DNA of 56,949 nucleotides from Octopus bimaculoides (Eukaryota). Every line of letters starts with the position of its first letter. Within the stretch, counting starts at the first letter, position 1. The translations under genes were made by a program, and so were the position numbers. This document shows positions 24,551 to 36,616 of this stretch, piece by piece. Under the pieces are notes generated by a model. The model saw only the letters and a program-made list of their open reading frames with translations. It was not told the origin of the DNA and did no database searches. The stretch spans positions 66,819,031 to 66,875,979 of the forward strand of contig NC_068986.1 of the NCBI RefSeq assembly GCF_001194135.2, in the 5' to 3' direction.

Positions 24551-26190
24551 AAGGAACTTTTATTGACATGCGGTTTGCTCCATTTATTATTATTATTATC
24601 CATATCTTCTCAAAATGTATCACTTTAACTTGGTATCTCTACCTGTAAAACGGCAGTGATTCCTTGTTTTTTAGTGTAATTTTGCTACCTCTGGTAACTA
24701 TTAACGTATTTAAATTATCGAGATAATATTAATATATACATAAACTAATATATACATATACATATATATNNNNNNNNNNNNNNNNNNNNNNNNNNNNNNN
24801 NNNNNNNNNNNNNNNNNNNNNNNNNNNNNNNNNNNNNNNNNNNNNNNNNNNNNNNNNNNNNNNNNNNNNNNNNNNNNNNNNNNNNNNNNNNNNNNNNNNN
24901 NNNNNNNNNNNNNNNNNNNNNNNNNNNNNNNNNNNNNNNNNNNNNNNNNNNNNNNNNNNNNNNNNNNNNNNNNNNNNNNNNNNNNNNNNNNNNNNNNNNN
25001 NNNNNNNNNNNNNNNNNNNNNNNNNNNNNNNNNNNNNNNNNNNNNNNNNNNNNNNNNNNNNNNNNNNNNNNNNNNNNNNNNNNNNNNNNNNNNNNNNNNN
25101 NNNNNNNNNNNNNNNNNNNNNNNNNNNNNNNNNNNNNNNNNNNNNNNNNNNNNNNNNNNNNNNNNNNNNNNNNNNNNNNNNNNNNNNNNNNNNNNNNNNN
25201 NNNNNNNNNNNNNNNNNNNNNNNNNNNNNNNNNNNNNNNNNNNNNNNNNNNNNNNNNNNNNNNNNNNNNNNNNNNNNNNNNNNNNNNNNNNNNNNNNNNN
25301 NNNNNNNNNNNNNNNNNNNNNNNNNNNNNNNNNNNNNNNNNNNNNNNNNNNNNNNNNNNNNNNNNNNNNNNNNNNNNNNNNNNNNNNNNNNNNNNNNNNN
25401 NNNNNNNNNNNNNNNNNNNNNNNNNNNNNNNNNNNNNNNNNNNNNNNNNNNNNNNNNNNNNNNNNNNNNNNNNNNNNNNNNNNNNNNNNNNNNNNNNNNN
25501 NNNNNNNNNNNNNNNNNNNNNNNNNNNNNNNNNNNNNNNNNNNNNNNNNNNNNNNNNNNNNNNNNNNNNNNNNNNNNNNNNNNNNNNNNNNNNNNNNNNN
25601 NNNNNNNNNNNNNNNNNNNNNNNNNNNNNNNNNNNNNNNNNNNNNNNNNNNNNNNNNNNNNNNNNNNNCACATATATATATGCACATATGCATACATGTA
25701 TGTATATACTTAGATATATATGTATATACATATGCATATATGGGTACATGACGTCTTTAAACGTAAACAACATGAAATATGAAATGCGAAGACATGGAAT
25801 ACGAACTTTTTTGCGAACAACGAAAGAAACAAATGGAAAACAAGACAAGTAACATAAAGAAAGACACTTCATCAGTTGTCGGCTGCTTATCTATACCATA
25901 TTTCGAGCAAAAAGTGTCTTCGAGAAAACAGTTGCTCCCGCAAAGCAAAATGAAATTTGGGATTTGCGGAGGGTCAAAGTTGGTAACAAAATAGGACAGT
26001 GAAAACAAAGAGTAAGGGCTGCTTGGCCATAACAAGGTGAGGTGTCGAACACTGGAGGAACAAGCTTTGAGGGGAGAAAAGATAGGAGACAGACAACAAT
26101 GCGTCTGATCTGTGTGGGAGATCAAAAAGAAAGAAAGAAGCTCAAGTTAGAAAAAGAAAGCTGGTCGATGGTCATAATATATGTATATAT

Positions 26191-26430
26191 TAAGGCAGCA
26201 AGCTGGCAGAAACGTTAGCACGCCGGGTTGGCAGAGATGTTAGCACGCTGGGCGAAATGCTTAACAGTATTTCGTCTGTCTTTATGTCCTGAGTTCAATT
26301 TCAGCCGAGGTCGACTTTGTCTTTCATCCTGTCGAGGTCGATAAATTAAGGGTCAGTTACGTACTGGGTTCGATCTAATCTCCACGCTCCCTACACAAAA
26401 AATTTGGGCCTTGTACCTAGAGTAGAAAAG
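26191..26430 (+). mobile_element. SINE family A with a 25 bp internal tandem duplication
   Basis: TAAGGCAGCAAGCTGGCAGAAACGTTAGCACGCCGGG, duplicated unit 26203-26227 / 26228-26252, then GAGTTCAATT and GGTCGACTTTG. Confidence 0.9.
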
Positions 26431-26529
26431 AATATATATATATTGTTATATTTCGGGATGGTAATCTGGTTTTTTGTTTGCCAAATGAACACACACACAC
26501 TATATATTCGTTCTTCACTCGTTTATTAC

Positions 26530-28080
26530 TGTTCTTATACCCTAACAAGTACCCCAACGATAGGCCACCAGCTTTAGACACGGAACTCTGGTTAGAAATC
26601 AAGAACAATAAGATCTAGATCTTTCGCTCCCATTATGACAAAACTATAGCCACTAAATACAATCTCCACAAGAACACAGCCATGGCAGACAACACCAAGT
26701 TCAATATTCTCATAGAAGACTTGGTAAGAGTGATGAAGAATGTGTCTCTCATGTGCGATCCTTTGGAACTGGAATGACATATACAACACTTCATCCACTC
26801 CATGCAGTTCTCTGACAACAGGCAAAGGGTCAGGATTAGAGTGTACAAAGGAGCCAGTGCTAAGTACAAAGCCATCAAAGAGAGTGATGCAAAGGGGATC
26901 TGCTTGCTATGCAGGAGTAAATCCTGGAACAGAACAGTAAGGACCAGAAAAAAAGATAGAGAAGGCCAGCTCATGGTATGACAACAAAAATACTAGAGTG
27001 TCATGTTCGTTGATACTACCCCTAGCTTCGAATTAGAATACCGTTTCAGAAAAACATTAGCTAAAGCCAATCTACGAATTAAAGTGGTAGAAAGGCCTGG
27101 TGTTCTTATAAAAACACTGACCTGTAGAACTTATCCCTTCGATAGGTCCCCACGTACGGAGAACAATTGTATTGTATGTAGGTTGAACCCACAGGTTAAC
27201 TGTAAGGTGAGGAATATAGTGTATAGCTTACGATGTACTGAAGGACGGTGCAGAAGCATGACAACTACTTACATTCGAGAGATAGCACGCAGCATAGGAG
27301 AGCATATAGGTGAACACTGGTGAGAGCTCAAAGAAGAGGAAGGCTCGTCAGTGCTCTACCAATATGTTCAAGCAGAACAAAGGGGTCAAAGTATTATCAA
27401 TGCATAAAACTGACACGACACTTAGAGAGATCACAGAGGCTACACACATAGTAATAGACAGACCGAGCCTCAACAGAAAACACGAATGTAACAATAGCAC
27501 CTACCATCATACAGCACAACATGACAACTAAAAACTGAAGGGAGAAAAAGAAAAAAAAAACAGATACAAACAGTGTAATACACATACAATACACATATAT
27601 GCACATGCCTATGATATACATTAAAAAAATAAGAAACAAAAAAAATGTATAACGAGCACGGATACAAATTACACAGGAAGCGAACCCGTATACACACACA
27701 AACACACATGCGGTAACTTCACAGATAGCCACAACAATATCACTGATACGACTAACAACAAAGGCAACAACAGCAACAATAACAACAACAACAACAAAAA
27801 CAACATCTACCACAATGGTAGCAGCTTGGGCGAGCACACAAACACCGCAGATTACAAGAACGATACAAAAAGTCCGGTTCAAGGGCAGCAGCAACGGCAA
27901 CGGGATAGGGGGACGAGGCTGAGGAGAGGATCATAGTGCTACACACACACACATGCGCTTATGAGGATACACATAATGCAAGAACAGAATGGAATAAGCA
28001 AAGCAAGAGCACACGCGAACACGGACAGTGTCGCTGAGGAGGTCACAGCTGCATGACGAAAGATTTCCGGACAATGGACC
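26530..28080 (+). mobile_element. Penelope-like element relic B (Neptune-like): RT thumb, Cys-rich linker, GIY-YIG and 3' region
   Basis: YPNDRPPALDTELWL...HYDKTIA...EDLVRVMKNVS; CRSKSWNRTVR; VMFVDTTPSFEL...IKVVERPG...YPF...NCIVC...NCKVRNIVYSLRC...TYIREIARS...EH. Stops are present. Hammerhead-like motif at 28028-28073. Confidence 0.85.
28028..28073 (+). ncRNA. Minimal type-I hammerhead-ribozyme-like motif (PLE-associated)
   Basis: TGTCG-CTGAGGA(28034-28040)-G-GTCA-CAGCTGCA-TGAC-GAAA(28058-28061)-GATTT-C-CGGACA. Confidence 0.65.
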
Positions 28081-28921
28081 AGAGTTAGAATAAGAACAGT
28101 AATAAACTCTGATGCTTCCTTATTTAGTATTCTAAATTGCAGAACCCAGCAATGTTCATACAATCAAAATTTTTATATCCCTCACTCCCCTGAGACCAGG
28201 CAAGCATTGTTAAAATTTTGCTTCCATAAGGAGGTCTGGCAAGATAAGAATATATATCTGGGGTTATCACTTTACCGACCAGCTTGTCAAAGATCAAAAC
28301 TACTGTTGGTATCCATTCTATCTATAATAAATCTCAGTTTCAGTGTCTTCTTTGCCTTAATTGATCAGAGTTAATCAAAATTAGGAGAGCGATTTTTTCC
28401 AGCTCACTACATTACGTTAATCTTACTTCTGTTATCATACCACATTCATGCAAAATTTATACTTTCAAATATATATATATNNNNNNNNNNNNNNNNNNNN
28501 NNNNNNNNNNNNNNNNNNNNNNNNNNNNNNNNNNNNNNNNNNNNNNNNNNNNNNNNNNNNNNNNNNNNNNNNNNNNNNNNNNNNNNNNNNNNNNNNNNNN
28601 NNNNNNNNNNNNNNNNNNNNNNNNNNNNNNNNNNNNNNNNNNNNNNNNNNNNNNNNNNNNNNNNNNNNNNNNNNNNNNNNNNNNNNNNNNNNNNNNNNNN
28701 NNNNNNNNNNNNNNNNNNNNNNNNNNNNNNNNNNNNNNNNNNNNNNNNNNNNNNNNNNNNNNNNNNNNNNNNNNNNNNNNNNNNNNNNNNNNNNNNNNNN
28801 NNNNNNNNNNNNNNNNNNNNNNNNNNNNNNNNNNNNNNNNNNNNNNNNNNNNNNNNNNNNNNNNNNNNNNNNNNNNNNNNNNNNNNNNNNNNNNNNNNNN
28901 NNNNNNNNNNNNNNNNNNNNN

Positions 28922-28954
<33 letters not shown>

Positions 28955-29676
28955 GTGCACTCACACTCGAACATACACGTAAGTATACATATATGCACTT
29001 GTACACACACACACGTTTGTGCATGCATACATACACGCATGAACATACACACACCATGCATACATAATATTATTAGCTCACTATTTGACTTTCGTAAAAA
29101 AAAAACTTACAATGACCGATACATGATGTGGAATACAATGCCATGTGTGTTTTCGACAATGCATAAGCACTGCCAATAATAACGGTAATAGAGCAAAACC
29201 TTAATTAATAGAGCTTTGGTTCGAAGTAAAGTGTATCTATTCATATATTCATATAATAAGGGATGAAAAAAACGCTAAGTCACTTACCAATATTTATAAT
29301 TTCCAGTGTTATTTATTGGAAATCAATAATTTCAGATTATAAATGTTTTGATCTCCGCCCTGTTCTCTTTCTGAGAAGAAAATCGTAAATATAGACATAT
29401 GTACGTATATCTTTGTCCTTTAATCGAGATTAAACCGGAAATGGACTTTGAAGTAAATGTTTTCCACCTTTTATAATGTTGGATATAATTGGTCGTTAAG
29501 GTCGAGCAGAGATAATAGTTGCTTTTGTCTGACAAACTTGCGGTTGTCGGCTAAATTATATNNNNNNNNNNNNNNNNNNNNNNNNNNNNNNNNNNNNNNN
29601 NNNNNNNNNNNNNNNNNNNNNNNNNNNNNNNNNNNNNNNNNNNNNNNNNNNNNNNNNNNNNNNNNNNATATATATA

Positions 29677-29724
<48 letters not shown>

Positions 29725-30129
29725 TGTGCGTGTGCGTGTGTGTATAGGTGTGTGTATTTATGTATGTCTATTGAAAGTCCAAGTAAGAGATAAGCATACG
29801 TCTAGGAGAAATAGCTGTCTTCAAGACTAGGAAGATTTTTCTATAGAGATGTACTATTAAATTGCAGTCCGATGAACGTATTGAAGTTGAGATCGCTAAA
29901 TCATAATATCTGCAGATTTGAGTTTGTAAGTTATAAAGGAACGGAAGTGTCAAGAGATGATCTTAGTAGTAGTGGCATCGTCACCAAATGATTGTTGATG
30001 TCCGTATAGCATGATATTCAGAAAGTTATCATACTACATTATGACGTCATAGAGGAAATAGAGTCATGAGTTCACCAAGTTATGAAAGCAAGTAAGGAAT
30101 GAACGTATCAAGGATTTTGATATTAGAAA

Positions 30130-30450
30130 GATATTAAGTCTAGAATTTAACGTCGGAAAGTATTCGAGATGCGAGAGAATACAGAAATTAAAAATTATTA
30201 GATATTAAAGTAGGGAGCAAGGTAATACTAAGAATCAATGGTAAACGTAAAGCATTGTTACGTAATTTCTTTCTCTCAAATGAATGGTGGAATTTATTGC
30301 GAGGACCCATAACTCTATTACTGATGCAATCTTGAGGAGCTGACTCAGTAAAAACTGAATTGAGCCAAAAGTGTATCTCTGAGAGACTAGATAAGCTGCA
30401 GTAATGGTACGAAAGCAAATACTTCTTCCCTGAAACAACATACTCTTCAA
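30130..30450 (+). mobile_element. Possible very old CR1/L2-type RT fragment
   Basis: LLRNFFLSN...GPITLLL...RLDKLQ*WYES weakly follows the RT domain order. Confidence 0.25.
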
Positions 30451-30847
30451 ACTATTATCATGCGATCAATGTGAAAAAGTTACTTTAAAAATTTATCATA
30501 CGTATAGCATATTCGGAGTTTCTGAGAGAATTAGCATTTTTGATAACCTGAGACAGATTAGGAAACAGATTAGAAACAGTAGAAGAGGCAAAAAAAAAAA
30601 AAAAAAAAAAATAGAAAAAGGATGATGTAAAATATAAGGGTGTTATTTGAAGGCTATTCTGTAAGTAAAGGGTATCCTTAGAAGCAGATCCTATTCGATT
30701 GAATGCTGTTTATACAGCCATCTACCAAATGAAATGTATCATTCTAAACATAACATACTTGTTCAGTTGTAGGTATACTTTTATGTTCAATGGAGACTCA
30801 GAATCTTGTAGCTGCAGTAGTTCTTGGTTCCAAATGCAAAAGATGCA

Positions 30848-31090
30848 ATACAGTTCTATATTTAAGAGATGAGGAATTATGTACATTATTTACATTATTT
30901 ACAATTGACGAATATTCGTCCTCATCTTGTTTGTTGTTAACACAACGTTTCGGCTGATATACCCTGCAGCATTCATCAGGTGTCTCGGGGAAATTTCGAA
31001 CCTAGGTTCTCATTCTTAAGGTATTTTTCGATGTTGTTATTATTATTATTCAGATCACTGCCTGGAATCGAACTCGGAATCTTGGGGTTA
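30848..31090 (-). mobile_element. Family H: tRNA-derived head, (AAT)n and hammerhead-bearing tail
   Basis: Minus strand TAACCCCAAGATTCCGAGTTCGATTCCAGG (B box) CAGTGATCTG-(AAT)n-AACATCGAAAAATACC...GACAC-CTGATGA-ATGCTG...CAGCC-GAAA-CGTT-GTGTT...TTAAATATAGAACTGTA. Confidence 0.88.
30939..30984 (-). ncRNA. Minimal hammerhead-like motif in the SINE family H tail (other copies at 12161-12206 minus and 12903-12940 plus)
   Basis: Stem I GACAC/GTGTT, core CTGATGA, stem II GCTG/CAGC, GAAA, palindrome AACGTT. Confidence 0.6.
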
Positions 31091-31154
31091 AGAGTGCGAG
31101 CTACTAACCCGAAGATTTTGAGTTCGATTCTAGGCAGTGACCTGAATAATAATG

Positions 31155-31192
<38 letters not shown>
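31086..31192 (+). mobile_element. Inverted family H head fused head-to-head with the minus copy
   Basis: GGTTAAGAGTGCGAGCTACTAACCCGAAGATTTTGAGTTCGATTC (B box 31122-31130) TAGGCAGTGACCTG-(AAT)n. Confidence 0.88.
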
Positions 31193-31289
31193 TGATGGGG
31201 ACGATATTCTAATATATAACGAAAGAATATACTTTATATTTCAGAGTTATACCCTAGGATTGAAAGGTTATTTTGCCTATAGAATACTT

Positions 31290-31410
31290 AACCCGATAGA
31301 ATGTCTCAACTGGTACTTATTTTATATATCCTAGAAGGGTAAAAAGCAAAGTCGACCCCAGCAGCATTTGAACTCAAAGTGTAAAGACGGACGAAATGCC
31401 GCTATGCTCG
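31290..31410 (-). mobile_element. SINE family A, degraded
   Basis: CAACTGGTACTTATTTT...AAAGTCGACC...ATTTGAACTCA...GACGGACGAAATGCCGCTA. Confidence 0.75.
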
Positions 31411-31530
31411 CCACCTAGGAAAGTACATAATTTAAGGGGAATAAACTTACAGTGCGTAATTGAAATATCACAATGTATAGAGAAAGGGGAAGGAGTCAAT
31501 AATTTAACTTAATCTATTATTGACATAATA

Positions 31531-31740
31531 TCTTTTATGTTTTACTTGTTTTGGATTGCATGCCTGCTGGGACACTGCGTTGAAAGATTTAATCGAACGG
31601 ATCTATCCAATAATTTTTTGTAACCAACGGCCTCTTTTGCCGAAACCGCAATGTTGCGGGGACGTAAAGTAACCAACACCAGTTGTCAAGCAGTGGTGGG
31701 GGACAAATACAACACAGACACAATGACACACATACACACA
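31531..31740 (-). mobile_element. SINE family C, 3' half
   Basis: TTTACTTGTTT...TTTTGCCGAAACCGC...GGGGACGTAAA...CAGTTGTCAAGCAGTGGTGGGGGACAAA, running into (CA)n and a gap. Confidence 0.8.
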
Positions 31741-31747
31741 GATACAT

Positions 31748-31821
<74 letters not shown>

Positions 31822-32786
31822 NNNNNNNNNNNNNNNNNNNNNNNNNNNNNNNNNNNNNNNNNNNNNNNNNNNNNNNNNNNNNNNNNNNNNNNNNNNNNNN
31901 NNNNNNNNNNNNNNNNNNNNNNNNNNNNNNNNNNNNNNNNNNNNNNNNNNNNNNNNNNNNNNNNNNNNNNNNNNNNNNNNNNNNNNNNNNNNNNNNNNNN
32001 NNNNNNNNNNNNNNNNNNNNNNNNNNNNNNNNNNNNNNNNNNNNNNNNNNNNNNNNNNNNNNNNNNNNNNNNNNNNNNNNNNNNNNNNNNNNNNNNNNNN
32101 NNNNNNNNNNNNNNNNNNNNNNNNNNNNNNNNNNNNNNNNNNNNNNNNNNNNNNNNNNNNNNNNNNNNNNNNNNNNNNNNNNNNNNNNNNNNNNNNNNNN
32201 NNNNNNNNNNNNNNNNNNNNNNNNNNNNNNNNNNNNNNNNNNNNNNNNNNNNNNNNNNNNNNNNNNNNNNNNNNNNNNNNNNNNNNNNNNNNNNNNNNNN
32301 NNNNNNNNNNNNNNNNNNNNNNNNNNNNNNNNNNNNNNNNNNNNNNNNNNNNNNNNNNNNNNNNNNNNNNNNNNNNNNNNNNNNNNNNNNNNNNNNNNNN
32401 NNNNNNNNNNNNNNNNNNNNNNNNNNNNNNNNNNNNNNNNNNNNNNNNNNNNNNNNNNNNNNNNNNNNNNNNNNNNNNNNNNNNNNNNNNNNNNNNNNNN
32501 NNNNNNNNNNNNNNNNNNNNNNNNNNNNNNNNNNNNNNNNNNNNNNNNNNNNNNNNNNNNNNNNNNNNNNNNNNNNNNNNNNNNNNNNNNNNNNNNNNNN
32601 NNNNNNNNNNNNNNNNNNNNNNNNNNNNNNNNNNNNNNNNNNNNNNNNNNNNNNNNNNNNNNNNNNNNNNNNNNNNNNNNNNNNNNNNNNNNNNNNNNNN
32701 NNNNNNNNNNNNNNNNNNNNNNNNNNNNNNNNNNNNNNNNNNNNNNNNNNNNNNNNNNNNNNNNNNNNNNNNNNNNNNNNNNNNNN

Positions 32787-33837
32787 TCCTTTTAAACAAG
32801 GTTCTAAGGCCACAAAAGCTGCTCGCAACATTTGTACTGTGTATGGAGAGGGTGTCATAGTTGAAAGAACCGCTTGTGATTGGTATGCCAAGTTCAAAAA
32901 TGGAAATTTTGATCTCAAAGACGCACCTCGTTCTGGCTGTCCAGTTGAATTCGATGAAGAGCGATTAAACCAACTTTTGCACGAAAAGTTTCGTGAAACG
33001 ACAAGGGAACTGCCAGAGAAAATGGAATGCTCCCACACTGCTACAGAGAAGCATCTTTACTCGATGGGAAATGGTCAGAAGTATGGAGAATGGTTTGCGC
33101 ATGCTTTAGTTGACAACAAAAATCAACGAGCCACAATCTGGTTTGCTTGCTCGTCACGCTTCACTCATGGACACAAGCAACGATTTCTTTACCGAATCGT
33201 TACTGGCGAAGAAAATGGTGCCTGTACATCAATATGGAGCAGCCTAAGGAAAGACTTAGCCCCGGTAAACAAGCGACACCGCGCGTGAAACAAAATCTTC
33301 ATCTGCGTAAAACGATGTTGTGCGTATGGTCGGATTGGGAAGGGATTATCCATTACGAATTGCTTAAACAGAACGAAACGGTCAACGCGGAACTCTATGT
33401 TCAACAGATGGAACGACTCAACACGGCTATTCAAGAGAAAAGACCTCATCGTCAGCATGGAGTTCTTCTGCTGCACGACAACGCCTGCCCTCATATCTCC
33501 AATATGACCAAGGAAGCCATTCAAACTCATGAATGGGAAGTGCTGTCACACCCGCCATACTCTCCTGATTTGGCACCAACAGATTTCCACCTCTTTCGAT
33601 CTCTTTCAAATGCTATGCGCGGAGTTTCGTTCAATACTGATGCAGAATTGAGAGCTTGGTTGGATCAACATTTCAACTCAAAATCAGGTAATTTCTACCA
33701 ACAAGGTATTGAATGTTGGGAAGAAGTTGTAAACAACAAGGATGAATACATTATTGATTAATTAGTTGATATTTTTTTTATTAAATCTTTAAAACAAATT
33801 TAAATTTAAAAAAAACGGCGGCAACTTAGTTGTCAAC
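32787..33837 (+). mobile_element. mariner (DD34D) transposon relic
   Basis: KATKAARNICTVYGEG...FKNGNFDLKDAPRSG; IVTGEEKW; HDNACPH-(34 aa)-SPDLAPTDFHLFRSL; stop at 33759-33761; right TIR CGGCGGCAACTTAGTTGTCAAC runs into a gap. Frameshifted, and the first Asp reads as Glu. Confidence 0.95.
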
Positions 33838-34321
33838 NNNNNNNNNNNNNNNNNNNNNNNNNNNNNNNNNNNNNNNNNNNNNNNNNNNNNNNNNNNNNNN
33901 NNNNNNNNNNNNNNNNNNNNNNNNNNNNNNNNNNNNNNNNNNNNNNNNNNNNNNNNNNNNNNNNNNNNNNNNNNNNNNNNNNNNNNNNNNNNNNNNNNNN
34001 NNNNNNNNNNNNNNNNNNNNNNNNNNNNNNNNNNNNNNNNNNNNNNNNNNNNNNNNNNNNNNNNNNNNNNNNNNNNNNNNNNNNNNNNNNNNNNNNNNNN
34101 NNNNNNNNNNNNNNNNNNNNNNNNNNNNNNNNNNNNNNNNNNNNNNNNNNNNNNNNNNNNNNNNNNNNNNNNNNNNNNNNNNNNNNNNNNNNNNNNNNNN
34201 NNNNNNNNNNNNNNNNNNNNNNNNNNNNNNNNNNNNNNNNNNNNNNNNNNNNNNNNNNNNNNNNNNNNNNNNNNNNNNNNNNNNNNNNNNNNNNNNNNNN
34301 NNNNNNNNNNNNNNNNNNNNN

Positions 34322-34354
<33 letters not shown>

Positions 34355-34806
34355 TATATACGACGAGTTTCTTTTCCGTCTATAAAATACACTCAGAAGT
34401 CATTGGTTGGCATGGTGCTATAATAGAAGAGGCTTGCCCAAAGTTCCTCAAACGTCTCCGAAAAAACGTGGTTAGGAAGCATGCTTCTTCCGACACAGCC
34501 TTACCTACTCCTACATATAATGACGCTATTTTCAGCGATGTTTCCTTAGTGATTGAAAGGGTGACGAAACTTTTCATTATGTAGTATACAAATAAGACAA
34601 TTTACATGCCAGTTAATACCTACTTTAAACTATGTTAATTGTATGATTATTTATGTGGGGCGAAAAGCAAAAGATAGGCGAAAGCTCAACGTCGGACTCT
34701 TAAACATTTATTGAAACCTGGGAAATATATTTATTTATGTAAATTTATCAAAACAGTTTAGAAATAAACCGAAATATAAATTCAGCAGGGACGCATAGAT
34801 ACCTGA

Positions 34807-34837
<31 letters not shown>

Positions 34838-34857
34838 TGTATGTATGTATGTATGTG

Positions 34858-35094
34858 TGGAGGCGCAATGGCCCAGTGGTTAGGGCAGTGGGCTCGTGGT
34901 CATAGGATCGCGGTTTCAATTCCCAGACCGGGCGTTGTGAGTGTTTATTGAGCGGAAACACCTAAAGCTCCACAAGGCTCCGGCAGGGATGGTGGCGAAC
35001 CTTGCTGTACTCTTCCACCACAACTTTCTCTCACTCTTTCTTCCTGTTTCTGTTGTACCTGTAAGTCAAAGGGCCAGCCTTGTCACACTGTGTT
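34858..35094 (+). mobile_element. tRNA-derived SINE (family B-like head)
   Basis: TGGAGGCGCAATGGCCCAGTGGTTAGGG (A box)...GGTTTCAATTCCC (B box); the 3' end is lost in a gap. Confidence 0.85.
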
Positions 35095-35402
35095 NNNNNN
35101 NNNNNNNNNNNNNNNNNNNNNNNNNNNNNNNNNNNNNNNNNNNNNNNNNNNNNNNNNNNNNNNNNNNNNNNNNNNNNNNNNNNNNNNNNNNNNNNNNNNN
35201 NNNNNNNNNNNNNNNNNNNNNNNNNNNNNNNNNNNNNNNNNNNNNNNNNNNNNNNNNNNNNNNNNNNNNNNNNNNNNNNNNNNNNNNNNNNNNNNNNNNN
35301 NNNNNNNNNNNNNNNNNNNNNNNNNNNNNNNNNNNNNNNNNNNNNNNNNNNNNNNNNNNNNNNNNNNNNNNNNNNNNNNNNNNNNNNNNNNNNNNNNNNN
35401 NN

Positions 35403-35443
<41 letters not shown>

Positions 35444-36403
35444 GCATATACAACCACACTCACATTTATAGTATACATAAGTGTCTGTATAGTGTAAATC
35501 TTAACATTTCACCTTTCGGTATACAGTGTGTATGTATGTATGTATTTATGTGTGTATACACACATAGGCCCACCGACACACAAACACACACACACACATA
35601 TATAATGACAATCTGGAGTTCAAACTTGAACACCCGATGAAAGGATTGAAAGCTAGCATGTCATAGTCTACAATCTATAGTCATCGATAATTAAATTAAT
35701 TGAATAGTTTCTTTGAAGCTCTCTTCAATAAACTGACGAGGGTCTGGTAGCCCCAGGAAAATCTCTCTGTTATCAAATTTGATTCAATTAGCTAATTACA
35801 GTTAGTCATATTAAAATCTTAATGAGAAAGGAATTTAATTGGAATATGAATGAAGAACTTGTTAAGTGATTTCTTCAAAAATTGCCCTGAGTCATAATTG
35901 TTTTGATATTTTTATGTGCAGCGTAGTTATCTAACCAAAGTTTGGAGAAAACACCCGGAAAACAAGTTTTGCATTTTACTGATGAACACGTTCACGCTTA
36001 ATTACTGTAATTAGATTAGATTGGCTTCAGAAATACATGTTTATTCAGTTGTGAGGCTTTTAGGAAGACAAATCATTAAATACACAACAAAGTCGTTCAC
36101 AAAAACTGAAGATTCAAGAGTCTTTTCGTTTAAGATTCGAAAGGAATAACTATAGCAGTTACTATGCCATTGCTGTTGGTGTTTACTGTGGCGTATCAGA
36201 AATTTCATTCGATGCGTGGTAGGTCACAAAGGTCAGTCTTTGTGGTGGGTGTATTAGAAGATTTTTATGTGTGTGGTGAAGGATACACATGTTAACGTGA
36301 CAAGGAAGAGACAGCCAGTAGGTCGAGTGTAATACATTTGGCGTAGAAAAACATGAAGTCGATTACATCCGATATAACTAGAGATTAATATTGGTTTGGA
36401 TGC

Positions 36404-36616
36404 GAAGACAGCGAGCTAGCAGAATCGTTAGCCCGTCGGGCAAAATGCTTAGCGGTATTTCGTCCGTCTGCACGTTCTGAGTTTAAATGCTGCCGGGATC
36501 AACCTTTCCTTTCATCCTTTCGAAGTCGATAAAATAAGTACTAGTTGAGCACTGGGGTCGATATAATCGACTTATCTTGTTAAATTGCTGACCTTGTGCT
36601 CGAATTCGAAACCAGT
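36404..36616 (+). mobile_element. SINE family A
   Basis: GCGAGCTAGCAGAATCGTTAGC...ACGTTCTGAGTTTAAAT...GTCGATAAAATAAGTAC...CACTGGGGTCGAT. Confidence 0.88.

Larger units (their letters stand above)
21844..24560 (+). mobile_element. Penelope-like element relic A: 5'-truncated RT thumb, GIY-YIG endonuclease and 3' pseudo-LTR region
   Basis: VANFLDVTLDLHSNTHFPFHKP...YNHPRHI; ORF 22093-23172 with RLSKLSSNSQIF...LLRAGY and NVVYQCKV...YYVGSS...KRISNHYSSF...TGLSKFIWELK. The C-terminus continues in another frame (NRLVNQITQRAYRCQHFKKH, ~23240). Hammerhead-like motif at 24459-24550. Confidence 0.9.

Noticed and set aside
25750-26130. Possible upstream part of PLE relic B
   Set aside because: It is purine-rich and adjacent, but no convincing PLE motif was found, so it is left unassigned.
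31086-31135. tRNA gene calls for SINE heads
   Set aside because: They lack complete acceptor stems and continue into SINE bodies; they are tRNA-derived, not tRNA genes.
8095-33215. First catalytic Asp reads as Glu in both the Tc1 and mariner relics
   Set aside because: Each is a single-base change in an already frameshifted copy, so this is most likely coincidence.
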